Origin: an uncultured Candidatus Saccharibacteria bacterium
GTDB lineage: Bacteria > Patescibacteriota > Doudnabacteria > UBA920
Assembly: GCA_964416765.1 (NCBI GenBank)
Contig: CAYQEU010000001.1
Span: forward strand, 130,541 to 194,540
DNA: 64,000 nt
Reading direction: 5' to 3'
Position numbers and translations under genes: made by a program. Shown here piece by piece: positions 17,882 to 27,423 of the stretch (the first letter of the stretch is position 1; each line of letters begins with the position of its first letter). The notes beneath the pieces were generated by a model. The model had not been told where the DNA came from. It saw only the letters and a program-made list of their open reading frames with translations, and made no database searches.

Positions 17882-18657
17882 TTTGCTGATACAATTATTG
17901 CCAATTTTTTCGTGTCGTCAACGGTGTTTTTGGAATGATCCCAATCCGCCGCCGCCGTTTTTAAGGTTTGATAGTCGTAAGGGTAGTTAAGTCCCTTTTT
18001 TGTTCCGGAGTCGTTGGTAATGAAATTGCTCTCATCATACCCTCGCAGCAGCAGCATATGATGGATCGGTCCCGGCTGTTTATAGTTCGGGTTCCCAAGT
18101 TTTTGGCCATTGGCCGAAAATATCACCAGGTTACCCTCTGCCAGTAACTCCTTTATTTCCTCGCTGGTGGGGAAACTTATTACTTTCGCTTTGAGTCCGT
18201 AAACTTTGGTCATCATCACTGCTGTTTCGGCCGTAGTGGTATCAAGGTTATAACCAAAATTTGTTTGTTGCCAGTCCGTTAACTTGGCGATTTCCGTTTC
18301 AACAAAGTCAGGGGAGAGAGTGGAAGAAGTGTTTCCGGTAAAATAGGCGCTTGCCATAATGGCGGAAGCTTCTTCGCAAGCTTCATTATGTAGTTTATCC
18401 CAGTTAGCGGTCGGGGCCTGGGGAGTAAACGGAACTTGCAGCAGCTTAGTTTTTGGGATCGTGGAGGGTTTCTTATCCTCCAGATTCACCAGTTTTGGCT
18501 CGCGGATGTGCGCGGAAATAGGAAGGCTATTTATGGCCGGCGCGGAATATTTAGAGTCAATGTAATATTTGGCACCGAAAAAGGCGGCCACAGCCAGAAC
18601 TACCAGCCCGCCGATGAACCACAATGCTTGGAAATTATGGGAGGTGCCGCGCCGCAT
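17878..18657 (-). CDS. membrane-anchored papain-like (peptidase C39-like / YvpB-like) domain protein
   Basis: N-terminal TM; candidate catalytic Cys in NEACEEASAIMAS and His in PIHHMLLLRGYD; 4-nt overlap with downstream ABC exporter. Confidence 0.4.
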   Translation of the reverse strand: MRRGTSHNFQALWFIGGLVVLAVAAFFGAKYYIDSKYSAPAINSLPISAHIREPKLVNLEDKKPSTIPKTKLLQVPFTPQAPTANWDKLHNEACEEASAIMASAYFTGNTSSTLSPDFVETEIAKLTDWQQTNFGYNLDTTTAETAVMMTKVYGLKAKVISFPTSEEIKELLAEGNLVIFSANGQKLGNPNYKQPGPIHHMLLLRGYDESNFITNDSGTKKGLNYPYDYQTLKTAAADWDHSKNTVDDTKKLAIIVSAK

Positions 18658-19343
18658 TACAATATATCGTCCTTGGAAATGATCTTGAATTCTCCCACTG
18701 GAATTTTGGGAAGATTGAGCTTGTTAATTCGTATGCGCTTTAAATTTGCGACGGACAGTCCGACCCCATTAAACATTCGGCGGATTTGCCGTTTCTTGCC
18801 TTCATGAATAGTTATGCGGACCTTTCCGCTACGAGTGATTACTTTGGCTGGCGAAGTCATCCCGGTAGCGATTTTCACTCCCTGCCGCAAATGCTCCAGC
18901 TGGCTTTCTCCGGGGAGCTCATTCGTAGTTACCTCGTATTCTTTGTCATGCTCATATTTAGGGTGGGACAGTTCCTGGGTTAGTTCGCCGTCATTGGTCA
19001 AAATCAGAAGTCCTTCGGTGTCATAGTCCAAGCGGCCCACGTTCCAGACCTTGCCCTGCAGTTCGGGAGGCAGTAGACTGAAAACTGTTTTGCGCCCCTG
19101 GGGATCACGTTTGCTTACCACGTATCCCTTAGGCTTATTGAGTGCTAAATAAATTTTGGTTTCAGCCGGTTGGACAATCTTGCCGTAGACTTTGACTTCG
19201 TCCTTCTCCGGGTCAACTTTGTCGCCCAGCTTGGCTTTCTTGCCGTTTACTAAAACCTGGCCGGATACAATAAAACTTTCCGCCTTGCGGCGGGAAGCAA
19301 TACCACTCTCACTTAGGAATTTTTGAATACGAACTTCTGGCAT
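18657..19343 (-). CDS. rRNA pseudouridine synthase (RsuA/RluB family) with S4 domain
   Basis: N-terminal S4 (RIQKFLSESGIASRRKAESFI), catalytic GRLD motif (NVGRLDYDTEGLLILTNDG). Confidence 0.8.
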   Translation of the reverse strand: MPEVRIQKFLSESGIASRRKAESFIVSGQVLVNGKKAKLGDKVDPEKDEVKVYGKIVQPAETKIYLALNKPKGYVVSKRDPQGRKTVFSLLPPELQGKVWNVGRLDYDTEGLLILTNDGELTQELSHPKYEHDKEYEVTTNELPGESQLEHLRQGVKIATGMTSPAKVITRSGKVRITIHEGKKRQIRRMFNGVGLSVANLKRIRINKLNLPKIPVGEFKIISKDDIL

Positions 19344-19363
19344 GGCAAATGGCTTATAGCCTA

Positions 19364-20272
19364 TTATACCTCGATTTGCCCTAATAAATACAGGAGGAGG
19401 GCCTTGCGGATTTGCAGGCCGTATTTGGTTTGTTTGAAATAGATGGCGCGGTGGTCAGTATCCACAACCGCGGGGATTTCATTCACCCTCGGGAGGGGAT
19501 GCATAATTATCGCGCTGTCTCTCATCTCAGAAACCAGTTCTCGGGTAAGAATAATCTTATCTTTGACCGCTTCGTAGACTTTTTGGTCTTCAAACCGCTC
19601 CCGCTGAACGCGCGTTTGGTAAAGTACGTCTATATTTTTTATACACGAGCTTAAATCTTCCAGTTCCTCAAAAGGGGAATTATTATTTTTCAGGAAATCC
19701 TTAATTTCCTGCGGCAGCCGTAGTTCAGTGGGGGAAACGAGTTTAAAACTAACCCCGGGATATTTAGCCAACAAATAAATCAGCGAATGGGCGGCGCGGC
19801 CGAATTTTAAGTCACCAACAATTGCCACGGTATAATCCTGCATTCGGCCCAGCTCTGACTTGATTGTATAAAGGTCGAGCATGGATTGGGTCGGATGCTC
19901 CTCGCTGCCATCCCCCGCATTGATGATTGGTATGTGGGATATTGCCGACGCCTTGGCTGAAGCACCGGCTTCGTAATGGCGCAGGACAATTACGTCCACG
20001 TAATTATTCAAAACTTTGATGGTATCTTCGAGAGTTTCACCTTTGGAGACTGAAGATGTTTCTCTCATGTTGTCACCAGTAATGATATGGCCACCCAAAC
20101 GTAGCATGGCCGTTTCAAAAGAAAACCGAGTACGGGTACTCGGTTCATAGAATAGGCTGGCCATTATTTTTCCCCGCAATGGGGAATTGAAGCTGTCGGC
20201 ATTGTCGGCAATGCCAAAGATCTGGTCAATGAATTCGGTAGTAAATTCTTTTGTGGTGAGGATGTGCCGCAT
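19364..20272 (-). CDS. pyrB: aspartate carbamoyltransferase catalytic subunit
   Basis: STRTR motif, HPLP motif, about 300 aa. Confidence 0.9.
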   Translation of the reverse strand: MRHILTTKEFTTEFIDQIFGIADNADSFNSPLRGKIMASLFYEPSTRTRFSFETAMLRLGGHIITGDNMRETSSVSKGETLEDTIKVLNNYVDVIVLRHYEAGASAKASAISHIPIINAGDGSEEHPTQSMLDLYTIKSELGRMQDYTVAIVGDLKFGRAAHSLIYLLAKYPGVSFKLVSPTELRLPQEIKDFLKNNNSPFEELEDLSSCIKNIDVLYQTRVQRERFEDQKVYEAVKDKIILTRELVSEMRDSAIIMHPLPRVNEIPAVVDTDHRAIYFKQTKYGLQIRKALLLYLLGQIEV

Positions 20273-20356
20273 GTCCTGGATAAATTAAGCTCATTATAAA
20301 CGAGTTACGGGTTTTGTCTAGTTTCCGCCTGGGATAAGTGTTATATTGTATATGAC

Positions 20357-21418
20357 ATGACCCCTTTTTACGACCCGCAAAAATCCTACCAGGAGAACTT
20401 TGAAGACGGCCCTTATGGGGCTTTTGCGGACGGGGAGATTTTTCCACAGCTTTCCGCCCCACAAAACACATTTTTAGGCGTCCCGGTATTTGAGCCCTTC
20501 GGTATTCCCGCGGGGCCTTTGTTAAATGGCAGGTTCGTGAAGGCGGCTCTCGACAAGGGTTTTGACATAGCGGTATACAAAACCGTGAGGACTAAGAATT
20601 ATCCTTGTCATCCCTGGCCTAATGTCCTCCCGGTTAAACTTAGCGGGAATTTGGGCCCTGACATGGAAAAGTTGGTCGCCGGAACTGCTTATGAAGAGCC
20701 ATTATCCATTACCAATTCGTTTGGTGTGCCGTCATTTGACCCGGACGTCTGGCAAAATGATTTGGCTAATGCCGTGAAATACGCCCGGGAAGGCCAGATG
20801 GTGGTAGGAAGTTTTCAAGGGACCAACACGGGGGATGGTAACGTCCAGGCATATATAGATGATTTTGTTTTGGGAGCGAGACTGGTTAAAGAAACCGGCG
20901 CTAAAGTTTTGGAAGTAAATCTTAGCTGTCCCAATGAGGGTACGGCGCACCTGTTGTGTTTTGATATAGAGCGCACGCGCCAAATCGCGGAAGCCATAAA
21001 AAATGAAATCGGCAATACTCCATTGGTAATTAAGATCGCGTATTTTAAGTCTGATGAAGAGCTACGCAAATTAGTCGACGCCGTTGGGAATGTGGTACAG
21101 GAAATTTCCGCTATCAATACCATCCCGGCCGAAATTTTGGATGACCACGGCAACCAAGCGTTGCCTGGCCCTGGCCGCTTGGTGAGCGGAGTGTGCGGCA
21201 ATTCGATAAAATGGGCGGGCCTGGAAATGGTTCAGCGTTTGGATAAGCTGCGCGGGGAAAACGCACTAGAGTTTAAAATCAGCGGCGTTGGCGGTGTACT
21301 GAATAAAGAAGATTACCATGCCTATCGCGCGGCTGGGGCCGATGCCGTCATGTCCGCCACCGGCGCAATGTGGAATCCATATCTGGCCCAAGAAATTAAG
21401 TCAGATAACAATGAATAA
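20357..21418 (+). CDS. pyrD: dihydroorotate dehydrogenase family protein
   Basis: NLSCPN motif; TIM-barrel DHOD-like length; sits in pyr cluster. Confidence 0.7.
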   Translation: MTPFYDPQKSYQENFEDGPYGAFADGEIFPQLSAPQNTFLGVPVFEPFGIPAGPLLNGRFVKAALDKGFDIAVYKTVRTKNYPCHPWPNVLPVKLSGNLGPDMEKLVAGTAYEEPLSITNSFGVPSFDPDVWQNDLANAVKYAREGQMVVGSFQGTNTGDGNVQAYIDDFVLGARLVKETGAKVLEVNLSCPNEGTAHLLCFDIERTRQIAEAIKNEIGNTPLVIKIAYFKSDEELRKLVDAVGNVVQEISAINTIPAEILDDHGNQALPGPGRLVSGVCGNSIKWAGLEMVQRLDKLRGENALEFKISGVGGVLNKEDYHAYRAAGADAVMSATGAMWNPYLAQEIKSDNNE

Positions 21419-22043
21419 TGAAGTTCTTGATATCCTCAGGGAAACTGGCGCGATTTTAACCGAGGGCCATTTTATCGGTACATCCGGCAAACACCTCGAC
21501 GCGTATATCCAAAAAGACATTTTGTATCCTCACACGGAAAAGGTCAGCCGGGTCGGTGAGTTGTTTGCGGAAAAAGCAAAGGATTTAGATATTGATGTTG
21601 TGGTAGGGCCGGCACTGGGAGGAATTATTCTATCGCAGTGGACGGCGTTCCATTTAACTAAACTCAAAGGACAGGAAATCCTTTCGGTATACACCGAAAA
21701 GGGAAGTGAAGACAATATGGTTTTCACCAGAGGGTATGACCTGCTAGTTAAAGGTAAAAAAGTTTTGGTAGTGGAAGATACCACCAACACGGGCGGGAGC
21801 GCCAAAAAAGTAGTTGATGCTGTTCGCTCTATTGGCGGAGAAGTGGCCGCCGTTTCCGTTATGGCCAACCGCAACCCACAAGAAGTAAACGAGGAATATT
21901 TCGGTGCCACATTTTTGCCGTTAGCGGAGCTGTCGCTCAACGCTTATGAAGAAGAGGAATGTCCGATGTGCGAAAAGGGCGTGCCAGTTAACACTAACGC
22001 CGGGCACGGCAAAAAATACTTAGCCGCGAAAGGATTGTCATGA
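21411..22043 (+). CDS. pyrE: orotate phosphoribosyltransferase
   Basis: PRPP-binding motif VLVVEDTTNTGGS; start ATG 21411 overlaps pyrD stop (ATGAATAA). Confidence 0.8.
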   Translation: MNNEVLDILRETGAILTEGHFIGTSGKHLDAYIQKDILYPHTEKVSRVGELFAEKAKDLDIDVVVGPALGGIILSQWTAFHLTKLKGQEILSVYTEKGSEDNMVFTRGYDLLVKGKKVLVVEDTTNTGGSAKKVVDAVRSIGGEVAAVSVMANRNPQEVNEEYFGATFLPLAELSLNAYEEEECPMCEKGVPVNTNAGHGKKYLAAKGLS

Positions 22044-22858
22044 GCTCAATTTTGGAGAAGTACAATTCACGGGCGGATGAAATCGATTCGCTTTTATGCG
22101 TGGGGTTGGATTCGGAACTGGAGAAACTTCCCATGGAGCTCGCGGCCGCTTTGAACCCACAATTTGAGTTCAATAAAAATATTATCGAACAAACCCACGA
22201 GTTCACTTCCAGTTACAAATTAAATATCGCTTTTTACGAATCCCGGGGCGAACCTGGTCTTGAGGATTTAAAGATGACTGTGGAATACCTGAAGCAGAAG
22301 CACCCGGATATCATAATAATCTGTGACGCCAAACGAGCGGACATTGGAAACACTAACCGCGGTTATGTCCACGCCATTTTCGATGACATGAGCTTTGACG
22401 CCGTCACGCTGCATCCTTATCTGGGCAGAGAAGCCTTGATTCCTTTCCTGGAGCGGGAAGACAAGGCCAGCATAATTTTATGCCGGACATCAAACCCGGG
22501 AGCAGGTGAATTCCAGGATTTGGAAGCTAACGGCAAGCCCCTTTGGCAGCATGTCGCCGAAAGGGTTAGCAATGACTGGAACGAGCGTAATAATTGCATG
22601 TTGGTAGTTGGGGCAACTTACCCCACAGAAATGAAAAAAATTCGCGAAGTAGCGCCCGGACTCACCTTTTTAGTACCAGGTATTGGCGCGCAGGGTGGCA
22701 GTGTGGAAGAAGTAGTGGAAGCCGGACTGGACAGCAGCGGACGGGGATTGATCATTCATTCGGCCCGCGGGATAATATTCGCCGACAATCCCCGGGAAGA
22801 AGCCCGAAAGCTTCGCGATGAAATTAACACGGCAAGGCAAAAATATGTCCAACCTTAG
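22040..22858 (+). CDS. pyrF: orotidine-5'-phosphate decarboxylase
   Basis: DAKRADIGNT motif; 4-nt overlap with pyrE. Confidence 0.8.
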   Translation: MSSILEKYNSRADEIDSLLCVGLDSELEKLPMELAAALNPQFEFNKNIIEQTHEFTSSYKLNIAFYESRGEPGLEDLKMTVEYLKQKHPDIIIICDAKRADIGNTNRGYVHAIFDDMSFDAVTLHPYLGREALIPFLEREDKASIILCRTSNPGAGEFQDLEANGKPLWQHVAERVSNDWNERNNCMLVVGATYPTEMKKIREVAPGLTFLVPGIGAQGGSVEEVVEAGLDSSGRGLIIHSARGIIFADNPREEARKLRDEINTARQKYVQP

Positions 22859-24071
22859 GATCGAAGGGCGGATTGTAAACCATGACGGCGCGTTTGACGG
22901 TTCCGTGGTAATGGATACGGAAACCGGATTAATAGTGAAAGTTGGTGAAATTGAAGGCCAAAGCGATCTGGATACAGCCGGTTGCTTGATATTTCCTGGT
23001 TTTGGCGACTTGCACGTTCACGCGCGTGAAGATGCCGGTGGCACCCAAAATTACAAAGAAGATTTTCTGACGGCTTCCGAAGCGGCCATTGCGGGGGGAG
23101 TAGTCCAATTCGCCGAGATGCCGAATAATCCGATAGCACCGATTGATGACGAGAAATATGCAACGAAAGCCCAGCTGGCAAAAAAGTCTCTCGTTGACGT
23201 GACCTTGTACGCGGGAATTGGTCCAGAAACCAATCCGTTATCCAGGCGCGTTCCATATAAAGCGTTTATGGGCCCTTCAGTGGGGGATCTGTTTTTTTCC
23301 ACACAAGAGCAATTAGAACAGGCGATTGCCCGGTATGAAGGGCAAAACGTCAGCTTCCACTGCGAAGACCCGGAAATCTTAGATGCAAGCAAAAACGCGG
23401 CAACGCACGAAGCCTCCCGTCCCGCGTCCGCGGAAATAACAGCAACAGACTTCGCTTTACAGTTAATAGAGAAATATAATTTGAAGGGCAAGCTATGCCA
23501 CTATTCAACCAAAGAAGGTTTGCCAAAAATTAAAGCGGCCAAAGAACGGGGAGTGACCGTGACAGTAGAGGTAACGCCGCATCATTTGTTTTTTGATGAA
23601 ACAATGCTAACACCGGAAAACCATAAATGGCTGCAGATGAACCCTCCCATTCGCAGCAGGGAAGACCGACTGGCTTTAATTGAAGCGTTGCGAGACGGGA
23701 CAATAGACTATTTGGCCACGGACCACGCGCCGCATACCGTGGAAGAAAAAGAAAAAGGTACCAGTGGGGTTCCTCACCTGGATACCTATTCCGATTTCGT
23801 GACCTGGCTTATGGTTGAACATAATTTTACTCCTGAACAAGTGGCCAGATTTTGTTCTTACAATCCAGGCAATTTTGTTAATGAATTTTCAGAAAGCAAA
23901 TTCGGCCGGGTGGCGCCCGGTTATGCTGGCTCTTTAACCATCATTAATCCTAACTTACCGCATGAAATCCATCCGGCAAACATCAAGAGTAAATGCGGTT
24001 GGTCGCCTTTCGAAGGCTATTCATTTCCCGGAAAGGCTGCCTTTACAATTATTCGGGGTAAAATCTACTAG
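22845..24071 (+). CDS. pyrC: dihydroorotase-like amidohydrolase
   Basis: HVHxRE (DLHVHARE) and DHAPH motifs; start ATG 22845 (MSNLRIEG) preferred over 22818; overlaps pyrF end. Confidence 0.7.
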   Translation: MSNLRIEGRIVNHDGAFDGSVVMDTETGLIVKVGEIEGQSDLDTAGCLIFPGFGDLHVHAREDAGGTQNYKEDFLTASEAAIAGGVVQFAEMPNNPIAPIDDEKYATKAQLAKKSLVDVTLYAGIGPETNPLSRRVPYKAFMGPSVGDLFFSTQEQLEQAIARYEGQNVSFHCEDPEILDASKNAATHEASRPASAEITATDFALQLIEKYNLKGKLCHYSTKEGLPKIKAAKERGVTVTVEVTPHHLFFDETMLTPENHKWLQMNPPIRSREDRLALIEALRDGTIDYLATDHAPHTVEEKEKGTSGVPHLDTYSDFVTWLMVEHNFTPEQVARFCSYNPGNFVNEFSESKFGRVAPGYAGSLTIINPNLPHEIHPANIKSKCGWSPFEGYSFPGKAAFTIIRGKIY

Positions 24072-24127
24072 TTCTAACAAAATTTGTATATCAAAAAAAG
24101 AACGAGCAATCGTTCTTTAATCATTTC

Positions 24128-24204
24128 TGGCGAGCCCGGCAGGGATCGAACCTGCGACCTAGAGATTAGAAGTCTCTCGCTCTATCCAACTGAGCTACGG
24201 GCTC
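24128..24204 (-). tRNA. tRNA-Arg (anticodon TCT)
   Basis: Acceptor GAGCCCG/CGGGCTC, anticodon stem AGAGA/TCTCT, loop CTTCTAA, T loop TTCGATC, encoded CCA. Confidence 0.85.
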
Positions 24205-24236
24205 CCGCCAAACTATCTTATCATTTTCGTGTTATT

Positions 24237-24260
24237 TAAAAAACCGCCTATGGCGGTTTT
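24237..24260. terminator. hairpin AAAACCGCC-tat-GGCGGTTTT between the two tRNA-Arg genes
   Basis: Perfect 9-bp stem with A/T flanks; bidirectional terminator-like. Confidence 0.5.
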
Positions 24261-24261
24261 A

Positions 24262-24338
24262 TGGTGCACCCGACAGGATTCGAACCTATGACCTCCCGCT
24301 CCGCAAGCGGACGCTCTATCCAACTGAGCTACGGGTGC
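24262..24338 (-). tRNA. tRNA-Arg (anticodon GCG)
   Basis: Acceptor GCACCCG/CGGGTGC, anticodon stem TCCGC/GCGGG, loop TTGCGGA (34-36 = GCG), T loop TTCGAAT, discriminator A, encoded CCA. Confidence 0.75.
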
Positions 24339-24373
24339 GCGCCGTATCACACTTCCGCAATTTTACGATATTT

Positions 24374-25333
24374 TTACGATTTTAGCAAGGGTTCTAACAC
24401 GGCTTTTACTTCGTCCGCAGTCTTGCTTTCGTATAGTTCGGCACGGATTTCAGCAGCTCCATCGAACCCGTTGATATAGGCTTTAAAGTGACGCTTCATG
24501 ATGTCGAACGGTTTTACGCCGTTAAATTCCTTGTCATATAGCGCAACGTGTTCCAAAAGTACTTCGATTTTTTCTTCACGGCTTGGGTTATGTTCGGAGA
24601 ATAACCAAGGGTTGCCGAAAATAGCGCGACCCAGCATGATGCCGTCGCACCCGGATTCTTTGGCTTTATTGCGCCCATCTTCCAAATTTTTTATGTCACC
24701 ATTCCCGGTTATTAACGGCCGATTTTCTTTAGTGGTATTTTCATGAATAAATTTGACGATTTCTGGCATGAGCTCCCAGTGCGCGTCCACTTTGGACATT
24801 TCTTTCCTGGTTCGGAGGTGAACGGCAATGCCAGCGGGTTCGGCTTTTAATAGAGCGGCGACCCATGGCTGCCAGTCTATCTTTGTGTCGCCAATTCGAA
24901 TCTTAACTGACACCGGCATTTGGCCAGCGCCCTCCTTGGCGGCGCGGATTAGCTCCTGCGCCAGTTCGGGAGTTTTGTACAAAGCAGCGCAGGAGCCCGT
25001 CTTGATAATATTTTTGTCTGGGCAGCCCATGTTGATGTCGAGCCCGTCAAAGCCCAGCTCGCGGACCAGCTTGGCCGTTTCAAGAAACTTTTCCGGTTTG
25101 GTGCCGAATACTTGTGCGACAATAGGGTGCTCGATATCGGAAAATTTAAGATGGTGCATTAGCTTATCGCGGCCAGCGCTGTTCAGCCCGTCAGTCGAGG
25201 TGAATTCGGTGTAAAACACGTTTGGTTTGCCATACTTGGCAATGACATAACGAAAAGCGGCGTCAGAAACGTCGTAGAGCGGAGCGAGCGCGAAAAATGG
25301 CCGCGGCAAATTGTCCCAGAAACCCCTATTCAT
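24374..25333 (-). CDS. dus: tRNA-dihydrouridine synthase
   Basis: 319 aa; FMN TIM-barrel Dus pattern (LAPLYDVSDAAFR, GCPDKN..GSCAAL..P); C-terminal helical domain. Confidence 0.85.
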   Translation of the reverse strand: MNRGFWDNLPRPFFALAPLYDVSDAAFRYVIAKYGKPNVFYTEFTSTDGLNSAGRDKLMHHLKFSDIEHPIVAQVFGTKPEKFLETAKLVRELGFDGLDINMGCPDKNIIKTGSCAALYKTPELAQELIRAAKEGAGQMPVSVKIRIGDTKIDWQPWVAALLKAEPAGIAVHLRTRKEMSKVDAHWELMPEIVKFIHENTTKENRPLITGNGDIKNLEDGRNKAKESGCDGIMLGRAIFGNPWLFSEHNPSREEKIEVLLEHVALYDKEFNGVKPFDIMKRHFKAYINGFDGAAEIRAELYESKTADEVKAVLEPLLKS

Positions 25334-25371
25334 GGAAGATATTGTACTCGGTTTAACCGCCCTAGTCTAGG

Positions 25372-26370
25372 TTACTTTTTGTTGTGGAATTTTTTATGGA
25401 TTTCGCGCAACCCCTGGTTGGTAATGTGAGTGTAGATTTGAGTAGTGGTAATTGAGGCGTGCCCAAGCATAGTTTGCACGCTGCGAATGTCAGCACCGTT
25501 TTGCAATAAGTCAGTAGCGAAGGAATGGCGGAAAGTGTGCGGCGAGACCGGGTGCATGATACCGGCGAGCTTGGCATACTTTTGCACGATCCGTTGGACA
25601 CTGCGCGAGGTTAAACCGGCGGCCTGGTGCACGGAACCTTTTTTGTTTTGCCCTTCGATTTGGGCGGTTACGGAATTCCCGCGTCCAACCGAAACAAACA
25701 AGGCGGGGTTATTATCGGTTCGTTTTTTTAAGTACGCGCTTAGCGCGGCAATGGAATCGGGGGAGAGGAAAGCAAGCCTGAGTTTGTCTCCTTTGCCGCG
25801 GACGGTAAACTCGCCGCTCTGCATATTGATTTGGTCCTGCCGTAGACTCATGAGTTCCGAAACACGGACGCCGCTGGAGAAAAGCATGAGCAGGATCGCG
25901 AAATCGCGGAGGCGGATTAACTCGTTGTCTTCCTGGCTAGTGGCATGGAGTATCCTTGCCAGTTCGCTGTTGTCGAGCACGCTGACTTCGCGGGCCGGAT
26001 TTTTGGCCAACTCAATTTTGTCGGGAGCCAGGGTGTCTACGTCGCGCTTAATTAGGTATTTTAGGAAAGCCCGGACGGCAATGACATGGTAGTTTTGGGT
26101 GATGGGCTTGAAGGCGCGTCCAGTAGCCGGGTCGCGGTAGCGGTTTAACCACAGGCGATAGTTTCGGGTGGTGTCCAAATTTATCTGCTCCGGCTTGGAG
26201 ATATTATTTTCGGCGCAAAATCCTACAAACCGTTTTAAGTAGTGCTGGTAGTTCCGTACCGTAAGGAGACTTTTGTTGCGTTCTATTTCACAATATTCCA
26301 AAAACTCCCTGACATACTTCTCAAGAGGGGACTCAACGCGCTGTTTGATTGGGGTTTTTGTTTCAGCCAT
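25372..26370 (-). CDS. tyrosine site-specific recombinase, XerC/XerD-like
   Basis: 332 aa; catalytic RHSFAT...LGHASITTTQIYTHI (R, H, R, Y residues). Confidence 0.85.
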   Translation of the reverse strand: MAETKTPIKQRVESPLEKYVREFLEYCEIERNKSLLTVRNYQHYLKRFVGFCAENNISKPEQINLDTTRNYRLWLNRYRDPATGRAFKPITQNYHVIAVRAFLKYLIKRDVDTLAPDKIELAKNPAREVSVLDNSELARILHATSQEDNELIRLRDFAILLMLFSSGVRVSELMSLRQDQINMQSGEFTVRGKGDKLRLAFLSPDSIAALSAYLKKRTDNNPALFVSVGRGNSVTAQIEGQNKKGSVHQAAGLTSRSVQRIVQKYAKLAGIMHPVSPHTFRHSFATDLLQNGADIRSVQTMLGHASITTTQIYTHITNQGLREIHKKFHNKK

Positions 26371-26542
26371 CTTTTATTACGGTTTTATTATATCATGTCG
26401 CACAATATAGAAAGACGGGTAATTTTAAGTTTTTTACCCCATTCTTGCGTATTTTGCCAAGAATATGGTATAATTCAACCACTATTAATCCACGGGCAGG
26501 ATTTTTTACTGCCTGCCACGTGCAGAAAAGAAAGAATAACTA

Positions 26543-26818
26543 ATGCTAAGTAAAAAAGAGAAAGACGCCTTAATCCGGAAATACCAAGTTCACAAAGATG
26601 ATACTGGTAGTCCGGAGGTCCAAATTGCCATCTTGACCAAGGAAATTGAACAGGTCAGCGATCACTTAAAGACCCATCGTAAGGATAACCATTCTCGCAG
26701 AGGCTTGCTGAAGATGGTTGGCAACCGCCGCCGTCTCCTGCGCTACCTGAAGAATGAAGATGAGAAACGGTACGAAAAGATCACCGATAAGCTCAAGCTG
26801 AAAAAAGACAGTAACTAA
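26543..26818 (+). CDS. rpsO: 30S ribosomal protein S15
   Basis: 91 aa; [24 protein letters not shown] signature. Confidence 0.9.
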   Translation: MLSKKEKDALIRKYQVHKDDTGSPEVQIAILTKEIEQVSDHLKTHRKDNHSRRGLLKMVGNRRRLLRYLKNEDEKRYEKITDKLKLKKDSN

Positions 26819-26825
26819 TTTTTCT

Positions 26826-26858
26826 TCACTTCAGGAAACTGGAGTGATTTTTTCTTTC
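26826..26858 (+). terminator. hairpin + U-tract after rpsO (attenuator/terminator-type element of rpsO-pnp units)
   Basis: TCACTTCAG-gaaa-CTGGAGTGA stem followed by TTTTTTCTTTC. Confidence 0.4.
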
Positions 26859-27248
26859 ATGCCGGATTTGGCCAACGTCGAAGAATTTGAAAAGGAATGG
26901 ATTGCCATCTCGGAGGAAGTTATCCGCCGCATTTTTGAGAGTGAAGACATCCAGCGCCTGAAAAACAAACTCCGTTCTGAAGGGCACCTGACCATTGAAG
27001 ACCGCAGTGACTTCATTAATATCGTGGACAAGATTAAGTACGACGTGATCTTTAGGAAATACGGTCCGGCAGATTCGGAAGGATTTAAGTCATTTACCAG
27101 GCACTGGGAAAAATGGTTGGCGGCCAAGGGTGTGGCCCGTAGCAAACCGCAAAACCTGTTTGAAGAAAACATCAACCATTTGTTGTTTGGCAGCACGCCG
27201 GATCCGGAACAGTTCCTCAGGGAATTCAAATTATATGACCAAGAATAG
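26844..27248 (+). CDS. hypothetical protein inserted between rpsO and pnp
   Basis: 134-aa ORF, acidic, no known motif; start ambiguous (26844 or 26859). Confidence 0.35.
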   Translation: MIFSFMPDLANVEEFEKEWIAISEEVIRRIFESEDIQRLKNKLRSEGHLTIEDRSDFINIVDKIKYDVIFRKYGPADSEGFKSFTRHWEKWLAAKGVARSKPQNLFEENINHLLFGSTPDPEQFLREFKLYDQE

Positions 27249-27423
27249 TTTATAACTTACTGTTCTTTTCAAATTTTTACTTCTGCAGACCGTGGGCTTT
27301 AACATAGGTCAAGGAAGTGAAAATTTGAAATAAACAATAAGTTCAGCATCAGGTATTAGGTCCCAGCCATCAAATGAATTGATGTTTGAGACTACATACA
27401 GGGTGCTGGCAAAGGAAAGTATT

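Noticed and set aside
19364-24071. pyr cluster arrangement as unusual
   Set aside because: pyrB divergent from overlapping pyrD-pyrE-pyrF-pyrC is compact but is an ordinary operon layout. pyrC start ambiguity (22818 vs 22845) is noted in features.
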